DNA of 64,000 bases from Candidatus Moranbacteria bacterium RIFOXYB1_FULL_43_19 (GCA_001784875.1 MFSH01000002.1:1220-65219), one strand, 5' to 3'. Counted from the first letter of the stretch, positions 1 to 9,827 are shown. Numbers and translations are program-made. Notes: a model not told the origin generated them from the sequence alone.

Positions 1-522
1 TCCAATTTGGACAGCCGGGATTTTGAGATCAAGAATCCGCCGCATCACCGAGGCGTGAGAAAATTTGCTGCCCTCATATTCGTCCATGAGATCTGTGTGA
101 GCGTCAAACTGAAGAATTGATAGATCTTTATACTTTTTCTTGAGCGCTTTGACGACGCCAAAAGTGATTGAGTGTTCTCCTCCCAGAACTAGCGGCTTTT
201 TATTTTTTGAAACAATTTCTTTTTCAATCGCCTGTTCAATTCCAGCCATTGCTTCCGGAACGCTGTTTCGCGAAACAACAATTTCGTCGAGCGTGAAAAC
301 ATCCATTGGATCGAGACCCATCAATTTCCCTTCATGCGCGTCCAATAACTCGTCGATGTAGCGCGAAGCGTTGATTATCGCGAAAGGCGCGTTGCGTTGC
401 CCCGTTCCATAAGAGCTTGTCGCGTCATAGGGAATTTGCGCGATTACAATTTTCGCTTTCTTGAAATCCTGCTCGTGGATCGCACCGAAGTTAAACGGCC
501 ATTGTTCGTAAAGCTTTCGCAT
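1..522 (-). CDS. speB: Agmatinase (ureohydrolase family), runs off the window start
   Basis: Not in the ORF track; manual translation from ATG 522: MRKLYEQWPFNFGA..IPYDATSSYGTGQRNAP..GGEHSIT..QFDAHTDL..SHAS, the arginase/agmatinase metal-binding motifs. Confidence 0.85.
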   Translation of the reverse strand, partial: MRKLYEQWPFNFGAIHEQDFKKAKIVIAQIPYDATSSYGTGQRNAPFAIINASRYIDELLDAHEGKLMGLDPMDVFTLDEIVVSRNSVPEAMAGIEQAIEKEIVSKNKKPLVLGGEHSITFGVVKALKKKYKDLSILQFDAHTDLMDEYEGSKFSHASVMRRILDLKIPAVQIG

Positions 523-526
523 ATAA

Positions 527-1615
527 TTATTTCTTATCAAGTCTCTCCATTACCGCTTTCAGAATCATCGGCCAGGCGATGGTCGCGTCGCAAAAAACTT
601 CAGCAAAGCGCCCGCCTTCTTTGGGGGGAACCATTTTCCCCCAAGACACTCCTTCGGAATAGGTGCAGCCGGAGAGGCCGCCCCAATGCACCGGCTCGGG
701 AGAAATTCGAACACCATAACTGTAGCGCAAAAATTTTCCGCCGACTCCCACCCTTTTCCCGATCAAATCGAGATAGCACGTCACTTGTTGCGCCCAATTG
801 CGAGGAACACCCCCGCCAATGGTGAAAATCCCAAGTTTTTTTTGCTTTTTTATAAGTTCCGTAAAATGCTCGAGATCCAAATATTCGCTGGTTTGCAAAA
901 TCGGCTTCTTTTCCAGTTTTTGCCGACGATTGAAAATCCCGATATCAAGAAAAAATTCAGAATCTGTGAAGGCCGGAATATAGATCGGCACTTTTTTTTC
1001 ATAAGCGCTTTTCACGATAGCCCGCTCGTTGCCGATTGACTCTTTCAAATATTTTCCGACTTCCGCCAAAATTTCGTTACTGGAATATACTTTTCTGTGG
1101 TCCAGCTTTTTGAAAACCTCGAAAACAATCAGTTCCAGATCATCCAGATTTTTTTCAAGTTCCAGCGTGTCATAAACCCGGTTATATCCGCACTTATAAA
1201 GTGTCTCGTCATTCATTCCCTCGTCATATTTGAAGTGGCTCATGCCGAATCCCTCAACCATACCATGGGTCATAAGCGCTCCCGTTGATACGACCGCATT
1301 CACCATTCCGCGATCAATCATATCGCAAATGAGGAGTCCCATCTTGGCCACTGTCATCGCTCCGGACAGAGTAAGAACGACAAAGCAATCTTTGTCACGG
1401 ACCATCGCTTCGAGAACATCCGCCGCTTCGCCAAGATTTCTTCCTCCAAATGCGGTCTTGGACATTCCGCGCACCAGTTCATCAACATTCCCCGCTTTCC
1501 CCAGATCGAGTGAAGAAATAGGCTTGAGATTATCAGAGAATCCGTCATGCTTCAGATCGCGCTTTGTCTCGTAAGCTTCGTCTATTTTTTTCAATTTGGA
1601 TTTTTTTTCCTTCAT
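527..1615 (-). CDS. Deoxyhypusine synthase-like protein (probable homospermidine synthase type)
   Basis: STGALMTH, GYNRVYD, IGGGVPRNW, GGLSGCTYSEGVSWGK with the conserved Lys; ATG at 1615 (track start 1627 is TTG). Confidence 0.85.
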   Translation of the reverse strand: MKEKKSKLKKIDEAYETKRDLKHDGFSDNLKPISSLDLGKAGNVDELVRGMSKTAFGGRNLGEAADVLEAMVRDKDCFVVLTLSGAMTVAKMGLLICDMIDRGMVNAVVSTGALMTHGMVEGFGMSHFKYDEGMNDETLYKCGYNRVYDTLELEKNLDDLELIVFEVFKKLDHRKVYSSNEILAEVGKYLKESIGNERAIVKSAYEKKVPIYIPAFTDSEFFLDIGIFNRRQKLEKKPILQTSEYLDLEHFTELIKKQKKLGIFTIGGGVPRNWAQQVTCYLDLIGKRVGVGGKFLRYSYGVRISPEPVHWGGLSGCTYSEGVSWGKMVPPKEGGRFAEVFCDATIAWPMILKAVMERLDKK

Positions 1616-1673
1616 TTCTTTTTTCAAAAAATATATCTTCTAAATAATAATTTCTTTTGGAAAAAATATCAAG

Positions 1674-2630
1674 TTAAAATCCCACCATTTGCACTTCTTC
1701 TTTGAGCTGGATTCCGAATTTGTTTCGGACGCGCGATTTGATGATCGCAGCGAGGATTATGAAATCTTCTGCTTTAGCTTTCCCCGAATTCACCAAAAAA
1801 TTTCCGTGCGCCTGGCTCACCATCGCCCCGCCTATTTTTTTTCCGCGAAGCCCCAGCCGGTCAATGAGATATCCGGCGGGAATTACATTATTTTTCGCTT
1901 TATCACCAGTATCTTTTTCAAATTCTTCCAGCATTTTTTTGCTTTTCGCCAAAGAATTTTTGAAGAAACTTCCGGAACTTGGATAATCGAATGGCTGTTT
2001 TTCCTTTCTTTGAGCTATTATTTCTCTCACTCGTTTTTCGCTTTTAGTTTTATCTCCCTTTTTTAGATTCAATGCCACGCATAAAATTATCAGGATTGGA
2101 TTTTGCCTAAAAATACTATCTCTATATGCAAATTCACATTCTTTATTTTTGAGATTTAATATTTGATATTTGATATTATTTAGTTTTTCGGATTTAGGAT
2201 TTGGAATTTCAATGACTTTTACTGATTCCACGACTTCACTCATGGAGCCATTAAATGCTCCCGCATTTCCCCAAACCGCTCCTCCAACCGTGCCCGGAAT
2301 ACCCGCCGCCCATTCGAGGCCGGTGAGACCGGCTTTTACGGATTCACTGACGACTTTGCTCAACTGACATCCACTATCGCAAATGATATCCAAATTGCGA
2401 ATTACTAATTGCGAATTTCGGAGTCGTATAACGACTCCATCGAATCCTTTGTCGCTCACCAAAATATTGCTCCCGCCGCCCAAAACAAAAACCGGCTGTT
2501 TCTTTTCTTCGGCGAATTCGAGCGCCTCCAAAATTTCTTCTTCATCCTCCGCCTCACAAAAAAACTTTGCCGGTCCACCGGCTTTGAGCGTTGTATATTG
2601 AGCCAACGCAATGTTTTCCCTGATTTCCAT
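1674..2630 (-). CDS. murB: UDP-N-acetylenolpyruvoylglucosamine reductase
   Basis: GGGSNILVSD, GIPGTVGGAVWGNAGA, YRDSIF, QPFDYPSSGSFFKN, HGNFLVN. Confidence 0.95.
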   Translation of the reverse strand: MEIRENIALAQYTTLKAGGPAKFFCEAEDEEEILEALEFAEEKKQPVFVLGGGSNILVSDKGFDGVVIRLRNSQLVIRNLDIICDSGCQLSKVVSESVKAGLTGLEWAAGIPGTVGGAVWGNAGAFNGSMSEVVESVKVIEIPNPKSEKLNNIKYQILNLKNKECEFAYRDSIFRQNPILIILCVALNLKKGDKTKSEKRVREIIAQRKEKQPFDYPSSGSFFKNSLAKSKKMLEEFEKDTGDKAKNNVIPAGYLIDRLGLRGKKIGGAMVSQAHGNFLVNSGKAKAEDFIILAAIIKSRVRNKFGIQLKEEVQMVGF

Positions 2631-2632
2631 AA

Positions 2633-4015
2633 CTAAATACTAGATACTAATCTTTCTGCCACTTCCCAAACATTTCCCGCGCCCATAGCAATGACAAGGT
2701 CTTCGCGGCAGATTTCACTGGCGAGATATTCAACTGCTTCGGAAATTGTCGGGACATATTCGACGCTCCGGTGGTATTTTTTGGCGATTTTCACCAGATC
2801 TTTTGAGTGCACTCCCCCCTGCACTTCGCGGGCGCTGCCATAGATGTCGAGAATGATCACCCGGTCAGCGTCTTCAAAACTTTGGGCAAATTCATGAATC
2901 AAGGCTTTCGTCCGGGTGAAGGTATGAGGATGAAAAACGCACCAGATCCGGCGCTTGGGGAAAAATTCCCGCGCTGCTTTGAGGGTAGCTTTGACCTCTT
3001 CCGGATGATGGCCATAGTCATCAATGAGGATCGCCCCGTTTCTTTTGCCGATATATTCAAAGCGCCGCGAAGTTCCTTCAAAATTCGCGAGAGCCTCTTT
3101 GGCTTTTCCCATATTGGCGTTGAATTTATGGCTCATTGCCACGGCCGCCGCGGCATTCAGCACATTATGTTTTCCGGGAAGCTCTATTTCAAATCGCCCC
3201 AGATTTTTTCCGCCATGCCACAGCTCAAAAATTTGCTTTCCGTCTTTCAGCTCGTGGTTTTTTATTTTGAGGTCATTATCTTTTCCAAAGCCGTATTTTA
3301 TCACATTGCATTTCGCCTTTTTGGCGATTTCAAGCGTGTCGCTCCGGTCACCTGAGACTACCAAAAACCCATGGCGGGGAATTTTTTGTATAAATTCAGC
3401 AAATGTTTTCTTATAATCTTCAAAAGTCGGAAAGAAATCCGGATGGTCCCAGTCAACACTGGTGAGAATGACCGCCTGCGGGCTGTAATATTGGAATTTC
3501 CCCTGGTATTCATCAGCTTCAATGATCATGAATTCGCTCCTTCCGACAAGAGCAGAGCTTCGCCACTGGCGAACTTGAGAACCAACAACGGCTGTCGGAT
3601 CAAGCCCGGCTGATTTGAAAATTTCGGCGAGCATAGCCGTGGTCGTCGTTTTTCCATGCGTGCCCGAAACCGCTATGCCATATTTTCGGTTGAAAAGGAG
3701 TCCTAAAATTTCCGGATAGGAAATCACCGGAAGCCTTTTGAAGAGCGCGGCTTTGAACTCTTCGTTGTTTTTTTCATTGTAGGCTGTCGAGTAAACAACG
3801 AGATCAATGTCGCCCGTGATATGATCGGCATCGAACCCTTCATGGAATTTTACAAACAGTTTTTTCTTAAGGATATCGTCTGTGAAAAATTTCTCGTCCG
3901 TGTCAGAGCCGGTAATTTGATGTCCCTGGCGTTTCAAAATTTCAACCAGAGCCACCATTCCGGAACCCTTGATACCGATGAAATATATTTTTTTTGCTTT
4001 AGATAAATCAACCAT
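2633..4015 (-). CDS. murC: UDP-N-acetylmuramate-L-alanine ligase
   Basis: FIGIKGSGM, SGTHGKTTTT, EADEY, DDYGHHPEE, FHPHTFTRT. Confidence 0.95.
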   Translation of the reverse strand: MVDLSKAKKIYFIGIKGSGMVALVEILKRQGHQITGSDTDEKFFTDDILKKKLFVKFHEGFDADHITGDIDLVVYSTAYNEKNNEEFKAALFKRLPVISYPEILGLLFNRKYGIAVSGTHGKTTTTAMLAEIFKSAGLDPTAVVGSQVRQWRSSALVGRSEFMIIEADEYQGKFQYYSPQAVILTSVDWDHPDFFPTFEDYKKTFAEFIQKIPRHGFLVVSGDRSDTLEIAKKAKCNVIKYGFGKDNDLKIKNHELKDGKQIFELWHGGKNLGRFEIELPGKHNVLNAAAAVAMSHKFNANMGKAKEALANFEGTSRRFEYIGKRNGAILIDDYGHHPEEVKATLKAAREFFPKRRIWCVFHPHTFTRTKALIHEFAQSFEDADRVIILDIYGSAREVQGGVHSKDLVKIAKKYHRSVEYVPTISEAVEYLASEICREDLVIAMGAGNVWEVAERLVSSI

Positions 4016-4087
4016 AAATAAACTGAAAGATAAAATCGAAAATCTAAAAATTTCAGATTTTAGTTGTTTTTTTTTATATTTTAGATT

Positions 4088-5047
4088 TTAGTTTTTAGTT
4101 AACAGCCCTCTTATTTCCTCCATCTTATCCTCCGCCGCCTTCCTCCCCTCTTCGATCATCATTTTCGCCTGGGAAACATCAGACCGCCTGAAATGAAGAA
4201 CGTCCGGCCGAATAGCAATATCGCAGTCATCGTCCAAAAAAAGTCCTTTTTTATAGTCAGCGCTGATCGCCCGAAGACCGATTAGATAAGCTTCGAAAAA
4301 ATTAAATCGGTGCTTCTCATAATCGTCTAAAAGTTTCAGCTTTCTCATGAGACTTTTTACTGCTCCGAAAAATTTTTCTTCTCCCCCATTCAGTGCCTTA
4401 TCGCCCATTTTGAAAACCGGATTGAAAACCCGCCTCAATGTGCTTTTTCTCATCATTTTTCTAAAGTCGCCCACGGCCCGGGTAATGACGCTCCGCCCCA
4501 CACTTACATCAACTCCGATAACTTTTTCAGCCCCCAAATTATAGGCAATTCTGGCTGGAACAAGCATAGCCGTTCCGCCGTCGAAAACCAGCCTTCCTCG
4601 GTAGCGTTTGATTGGAGCAAGGCCCGGAAGGGCCGTAGTGATTTCCAAAGCTTCGGCGATGCTGCCGGAATCAATCACTACTTCGTTTCCAGCCAAAGCG
4701 TCAGTCCCGACAAAAGCCAGTTTCAGCCCTTCGATATCCTCGAATTTTTTCCCATCAGTCAAAAAATCAAAAAGGGACCTCAACTGTTTCCCTTTTATCA
4801 GACCTCCACCGGAAAAGCTCAAATCAAGCATTTTGCGGCGGTCTTTGTTTTTGAGAAGGATGGCCGTTTCTTTGAGCTCTTTTAGTTTTCCGCAGGCATA
4901 AGCGGCCGCCACAATCGCTCCGCTGGAACAGCCGACCAGAAAATGAATCGGGAAATTGTTTTCCTCAAGAACCTCCAGTATGCCTATATGGGTCATTCCT
5001 CTCATTGTCCCCCCGCCGAGAGCTACTCCGATTTTCTTACGTGGCAT
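4088..5047 (-). CDS. Patatin-like phospholipase
   Basis: ALGGG oxyanion motif, GCSSG nucleophile elbow, DGG motif. Confidence 0.85.
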   Translation of the reverse strand: MPRKKIGVALGGGTMRGMTHIGILEVLEENNFPIHFLVGCSSGAIVAAAYACGKLKELKETAILLKNKDRRKMLDLSFSGGGLIKGKQLRSLFDFLTDGKKFEDIEGLKLAFVGTDALAGNEVVIDSGSIAEALEITTALPGLAPIKRYRGRLVFDGGTAMLVPARIAYNLGAEKVIGVDVSVGRSVITRAVGDFRKMMRKSTLRRVFNPVFKMGDKALNGGEEKFFGAVKSLMRKLKLLDDYEKHRFNFFEAYLIGLRAISADYKKGLFLDDDCDIAIRPDVLHFRRSDVSQAKMMIEEGRKAAEDKMEEIRGLLTKN

Positions 5048-5110
5048 AAATATTTTGTTACACCCAGCCTTTGGGCTGGAAATTTTTTGTCGCTTGTTAT
5101 TGTTCGACTA

Positions 5111-6220
5111 TCAGTCAGCGATTTTTGATATTTCGCCGGCAACTACTTTTGCTGCTTCTGGATTATAAAAATTTTTTATTCTCTCGCTAAGCTCGAACCG
5201 AAGCTCTTCATTTTCAGCCAGCTTCTCGATTCTTTCATACAAGATATTTTCGCCAAGATTCTCTTGCTCGAGCATGACAGCCGCTCCAGCCTGCGAAAAC
5301 GCGAAAGCATTTTGCTCCTGGTGGTTGTTGGCTGATTCCTTGATGGGGATTATGAGGGCTGGCTTCTTGTTGGCCGCAATTTCAGTGAGAGTGACAGCCC
5401 CGGCCCGGCTAATCACAAGATCAGCCGCCGCAAAAGCATGCGGGAGCTCTTCCGAAAGAAATGGAAAAACCTTGAAGCCTTCACGGCCTGATTTTATGCC
5501 CAGTTTTCCTGCTTCGTTAACAACGCTCTCGTATTCTTTTTTGCCCGTCACTTGAATAACCTGCCACTTTTTGAGGATTTTCGGAAGCAAGGCTACAATA
5601 GCCCGATTGATGACTCTGGCCCCCTGGCTCCCTCCGACAACCAGAATTGTTTTTTTGTCTGGATGCAGTGAAAATATTTTTTGCCCCTCTTCTTTGCTGC
5701 CCCGGATCATTTCCTCCCGGATCGGATTTCCTGACAAAAAAACCTTTCTTTCTGGAAAAAATTTCTCCGAACCAGGAAAAGAAACGGCCACCCTTTTGGC
5801 AATCCTTGCTATTAGCTGATTAGCCAAACCGGGAACAACATCTGATTCGTGGATTAGGATTGGAATCCTATAGGTCCAGGCTGCCGCCGCAACCGGTATA
5901 CTCGCATAGCCGCCTTTGGCAAAAACCGCGTCCGGCATAAAAACTAAAAGATGCCAGAGCGACTGCAAAAAACCGAAAGGAATCCTAAAAACGTCCAAAA
6001 AATTGAGCGGCGAAAAATACCGGCGCAATTTTCCGCATTGGATTTTTTTCATGGGAATGAATTCTTTTCCCATAGCCCCTTTCTCCAGTTCGCTGTCCGG
6101 CCCAAGAAAAAGAAATTCCACGTCTTCTTTTTCCCCTGCTTGTTTTTTGATTTCCCGCGCCACGGCAAGAATTGGAAAAATATGGCCTCCAGTCCCGCCA
6201 CCGGTTAGTGCAATACGCAT
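5111..6220 (-). CDS. murG: Undecaprenyl-PP-MurNAc-pentapeptide GlcNAc transferase
   Basis: MRIALTGGGTGGH, KGGYAS, GGSQGA, ISRAGA, HQEQNA; start placed at the ATG of MRIAL. Confidence 0.95.
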   Translation of the reverse strand: MRIALTGGGTGGHIFPILAVAREIKKQAGEKEDVEFLFLGPDSELEKGAMGKEFIPMKKIQCGKLRRYFSPLNFLDVFRIPFGFLQSLWHLLVFMPDAVFAKGGYASIPVAAAAWTYRIPILIHESDVVPGLANQLIARIAKRVAVSFPGSEKFFPERKVFLSGNPIREEMIRGSKEEGQKIFSLHPDKKTILVVGGSQGARVINRAIVALLPKILKKWQVIQVTGKKEYESVVNEAGKLGIKSGREGFKVFPFLSEELPHAFAAADLVISRAGAVTLTEIAANKKPALIIPIKESANNHQEQNAFAFSQAGAAVMLEQENLGENILYERIEKLAENEELRFELSERIKNFYNPEAAKVVAGEISKIAD

Positions 6221-6336
6221 AAATACTATGCTAATAATTCGAATAAATGCCAATCCGCAAATTACGAACCCTTCAAGATGTTACTCATATATTCGCAATT
6301 CGTTGATTCGCATCTATTGGCAGATTCGCATCGCAA

Positions 6337-7440
6337 TTACATTTTCCCACATTTTTTAGAAATATTCAACAAGATTCCCACTCCGACCATGGAAAAAATA
6401 ATCGAAGTCCCGCCATAACTGATAAACGGCAGGGTCACTCCCGTGAGCGGGATAAGCCCGGTTATTGCCGAAATATTCACGAGCGCCTGAAAAATTATCC
6501 ATGAGGTTATTCCAATGGCTACCAATTTTCCAAAAACATCTGGCGCATTTTTGGCGATTTTGAGCCCGCGCATGGCAAAAATAACGAACAAAAAAATCAA
6601 AACAGCCGCCCCAATCAATCCGATCTCCTCGCAAATTATGGCGAAAATCGAATCCCCCACCGGCTCCGGAAGATAATTGAACTTTTGCCGGCTGTGCCCC
6701 AGCCCCAGGCCGAACAATCCTCCTGACCCGATGGCAAGAAGAGCCTGATTGATTTGATATCCGATTCCCCTCGGATCCAGCTCCGGATGCAGAAAAACCA
6801 AAAGCCGGTTCATTCGATAGGATTCAAACTTCACCAAAGCCAGAAACGCAAGGATTCCCGCCCCAATCATCGAGGCAACATGGGATGTTCTGGCGCCGGA
6901 AAGGAAAAATATTACTACGGAAATGATTACGATGATTCCCAGCGTTCCCATGTCCGGCTGTTTTATAATAAGAAATCCCACTATCCCAATAATTGCCAGA
7001 AAAGGTATAAGCCCCTCAAAAAGATCTCTTTTCAAGTCTCTTTTACTTTCAAGCCAGGCGGCAAGATACAAAATCATCGTAAGTTTCAGCATTTCGGTGG
7101 GCTGAAAAGAAAAAGGACCGAGCGTTATCCAACGGCTGGCTCCCTGGAAACGGAGCCCTAATCCGGGAATGAAAACCAGGATGAGCAGGAGAAGATTGGC
7201 CGCAAAAAGAAAAAAAGCAATCCGGCGCCAAAAATGATAATCTATTTTTTGGACAATATACATAAGGACCAATCCCGGCAAAACTCCGTAAAAAAGCTGG
7301 TGTTTGAAAAAATAATATCCGTCATTGAAACGAAACTGCGAAATGGCTACTCCCGCTGAAGAAATCATCACCAGCCCAAAAACAATGAGGGCGAAAGTGG
7401 TTATGGAGAGAATTTGATCAGGCCTGCTATTCGATTTCAT
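6337..7440 (-). CDS. ftsW: SEDS peptidoglycan polymerase FtsW
   Basis: Multi-TM; GASRWI, FQPTE, QPDMGT, GYQ, YLPEPVGDSIF, GVTLPFISYGG; upstream of murG. Confidence 0.9.
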   Translation of the reverse strand: MKSNSRPDQILSITTFALIVFGLVMISSAGVAISQFRFNDGYYFFKHQLFYGVLPGLVLMYIVQKIDYHFWRRIAFFLFAANLLLLILVFIPGLGLRFQGASRWITLGPFSFQPTEMLKLTMILYLAAWLESKRDLKRDLFEGLIPFLAIIGIVGFLIIKQPDMGTLGIIVIISVVIFFLSGARTSHVASMIGAGILAFLALVKFESYRMNRLLVFLHPELDPRGIGYQINQALLAIGSGGLFGLGLGHSRQKFNYLPEPVGDSIFAIICEEIGLIGAAVLIFLFVIFAMRGLKIAKNAPDVFGKLVAIGITSWIIFQALVNISAITGLIPLTGVTLPFISYGGTSIIFSMVGVGILLNISKKCGKM

Positions 7441-7512
7441 GAAAAATCTTAAAACTAAAATCGAAAATCCAAAAGCTTTTGGATTTTAGCTGCTATTTTT
7501 ACATTTTAGATT

Positions 7513-8205
7513 TTAATTTTTAGATTTGCTGTTCTTTCTCCTCCATTCATCAATTCTCTTGTGGTTGCCAGATAATAGCACACTTGGGACCTTCATTTTT
7601 TGAAATTCCGCCGGCTTCGTGTATTGCGGATGCTCCAGATAATTCTTTTTGGAAAACGATTCATTTTTTGAAGACTCTTTGTTTCCCAAAACACCCGGAA
7701 TGAGCCGCGCGACCGAATCAACAATCGCCATTGCTGGTATTTCACCACCGGTCAACACATAATCTCCAATAGAAACCTCTTCATCCGCCAGATATTTCAC
7801 CACCCGCTCGTCCACTCCTTCATACCGCCCGCAAATCAAGATTAAATTTCTATACTTCGCTAACCTCTTTGCGTCCGCCTGCGTGTATTTTTTGCCTTTG
7901 GCAGAAAATAGAATGATTCTTGTTATTGAATTTTGCTTGCCCGCCAAAGCTTTAGCGGCGGCGGTACTTTTTATTTTTGATTTTAAAAATCGAAGACAAT
8001 CATAGATTGGCTCGATTTTCAATACCATCCCCGCCCCTCCCCCATAGGGCGTGTCGTCCACTGTTTTATGCCGGTCTTTTGCGAAATCCCGCAAATTATG
8101 AATTTTTATCCTAATTTTTCCACTTTTTTGGGCACGGTTAACAATACTCTCGGAAAAATAAGAATCAAATATCTTGGGAAAAATTGTAATCACATGAAAA
8201 TTCAT
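7513..8205 (-). CDS. trmD: tRNA (guanine-37-N1)-methyltransferase
   Basis: VDDTPYGGGAGM, LICGRYEGVDERV, SIGDYVLTGGE, LEHPQYTKP. Confidence 0.97.
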   Translation of the reverse strand: MNFHVITIFPKIFDSYFSESIVNRAQKSGKIRIKIHNLRDFAKDRHKTVDDTPYGGGAGMVLKIEPIYDCLRFLKSKIKSTAAAKALAGKQNSITRIILFSAKGKKYTQADAKRLAKYRNLILICGRYEGVDERVVKYLADEEVSIGDYVLTGGEIPAMAIVDSVARLIPGVLGNKESSKNESFSKKNYLEHPQYTKPAEFQKMKVPSVLLSGNHKRIDEWRRKNSKSKN

Positions 8206-8488
8206 TCGTATATTCGCCCGCCTGCATTGAAATGCTTCTTGTTAGCGTGTTATCCGCTAAATCTGCCGCACATTCTTTTGTATATATGCCTTTTAATAAA
8301 CAGCAAAGCCTTTCGGACAGGTACGAGATTGGTAATTCGTAAAGAATAATAACAAAAACCGCGTCTGTATAATAACACGGTTTTTGCTTGAAATAAAGTG
8401 ATAAATCACCTTGATGTCTTCGCTCGCTAGGGAATAAAAAATTTTATTCCACTCGCTTCGCTAGACAATAAAGTCTTTTTACGGACTT

Positions 8489-8803
8489 TTAGACATTGAT
8501 ATCATTGACAACATCGTCAATGCTCTTTTTGGCATCTCTGCGTTCACCCCTTTGAGAACCTTCCGGTTCGTTGATTTTGAGGTTCACTCGAGCATTGTTT
8601 TTGGCTCCGACCACTCGAAGAAGGGTCCGGATGGCCTTGGCTGTCGCGCCTTCACGGCCGATGATCATTCCCATGTCCTTCGGATCAACATCCAAAGTGA
8701 TGAGAACTCCTCTTTCATCGATCGTTCGGTTGGCTTTGACAGCTTTCGGTGTGTCAACAAGCGCTTTCACGACATATTCCACAAATTCTTGGTCTTTTTC
8801 CAT
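8489..8803 (-). CDS. khpA: KH-domain RNA-binding protein (KhpA/YlqC family)
   Basis: MEKDQEFVEYVVKALVD..DMGMIIGREGATAKAIRTLL; rpsP-khpA-trmD synteny; start moved to ATG 8803. Confidence 0.85.
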   Translation of the reverse strand: MEKDQEFVEYVVKALVDTPKAVKANRTIDERGVLITLDVDPKDMGMIIGREGATAKAIRTLLRVVGAKNNARVNLKINEPEGSQRGERRDAKKSIDDVVNDINV

Positions 8804-8980
8804 CTTTTTCAGATTTAGGCTAATAATTTCGGAACTTGGCTGACCGGCTTCGACTACTGCCCCGCCATCTTTCCGCTTATCGTAAATTATACCCAAAATC
8901 CCAATCCTGTCAAATTTAATACCGGATCCCCTTGCTAGAAGATCCGGCTTGCTGAAATGTTGACCCAAACACGCTGGTTT

Positions 8981-9151
8981 TCATCCACAGCAGCGACGCT
9001 GATAGCGATTGCCGTGGCCGTTTTGCTGCCTTTTTACGGGCCTTTTTTTCTTCTTTTTCTGAAATGTCCGCTGGCACATATCGCAATGGCCGGTTTCGGG
9101 ATTGATGTCTCCCCCGTAGCAGCAACTGCATTTCTCCGCTGAATTTGCCAT
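8981..9151 (-). CDS. Small basic Cys-rich protein, putative Zn-binding
   Basis: 56 aa, CSCC..CDMC, poly-Lys, terminal RRCCG; SD-like GAGGAGGG just upstream of ATG 9151. Confidence 0.5.
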   Translation of the reverse strand: MANSAEKCSCCYGGDINPETGHCDMCQRTFQKKKKKRPVKRQQNGHGNRYQRRCCG

Positions 9152-9225
9152 ATTCTCCCTCCTCAAGCGAAAAATGATATTTATAAAAAGCGGACGACCG
9201 GTAAATCATCCACCCAAATAACAGT

Positions 9226-9666
9226 TTACTCTTCTTTTTTATTCTCTTCTTTCTCTTTCTTTGGCTCTTCGGCTTTTTTTTCATCAGTATTTTCCTCTCC
9301 TTTTTCTTCCTTTGCTTCTTTTTTAGGTTCGTCTTTTTTTTCTGCATTTTCGGCTGGAGCGGGAGTTTTCCCGGCACTTTCAGCTGATTCGGGTTCTTCC
9401 TTTTTTCTCATTTTCACTGGCCTTTTTGAACCCTTAACAATCCCCTCTTTCACAAGCAGGTTATGAACCGTGTCCGAGCATTGCGCCCCTTTTTCAATCC
9501 AGTGTTTGATCTGATCGGCCTTGAAACTTTTTTCTTTGGTATGCGGATTCAAAAAACCAAGCACTTCCAAAAACCGCCCTTTGATCGGCGAAGTATGTTC
9601 GGCTACTACCAGACGAAAAAACGCCTTATTCCTTTTTCCCCGTCTTGTGAGTCTTATTTTCAGCAT
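9226..9666 (-). CDS. rpsP: 30S ribosomal protein S16 with Glu/Lys-rich C-terminal extension
   Basis: MLKIRLTRRG..FFRLVVAE..GRFLEVLGFLNP..WIEKGAQCSDTV. Confidence 0.95.
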   Translation of the reverse strand: MLKIRLTRRGKRNKAFFRLVVAEHTSPIKGRFLEVLGFLNPHTKEKSFKADQIKHWIEKGAQCSDTVHNLLVKEGIVKGSKRPVKMRKKEEPESAESAGKTPAPAENAEKKDEPKKEAKEEKGEENTDEKKAEEPKKEKEENKKEE

Positions 9667-9827
9667 ATCTGGTAGTGCAATAATTTAATAATAGATCCCG
9701 ATGGTACACAAATATATTGTACTACCGGGCATAAATATATTTTGGCAAAACTAAAATACTCTGGTATTCTAGCCATTAAACATGTTTCTGTCAACTATCA
9801 AGACTATTGCATTGCCTTTATATTTTC

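Noticed and set aside
8804-8968. N-terminal extension of the KH protein; likewise track extensions of murG, hydA, murF, ftsI, rsmH and the second MTase
   Set aside because: Family-like sequence begins at downstream ATGs; extensions run through intergenic or repeat DNA
8916-9377. 153-aa Lys-rich minus-strand ORF
   Set aside because: Alternate frame of the low-complexity rpsP tail
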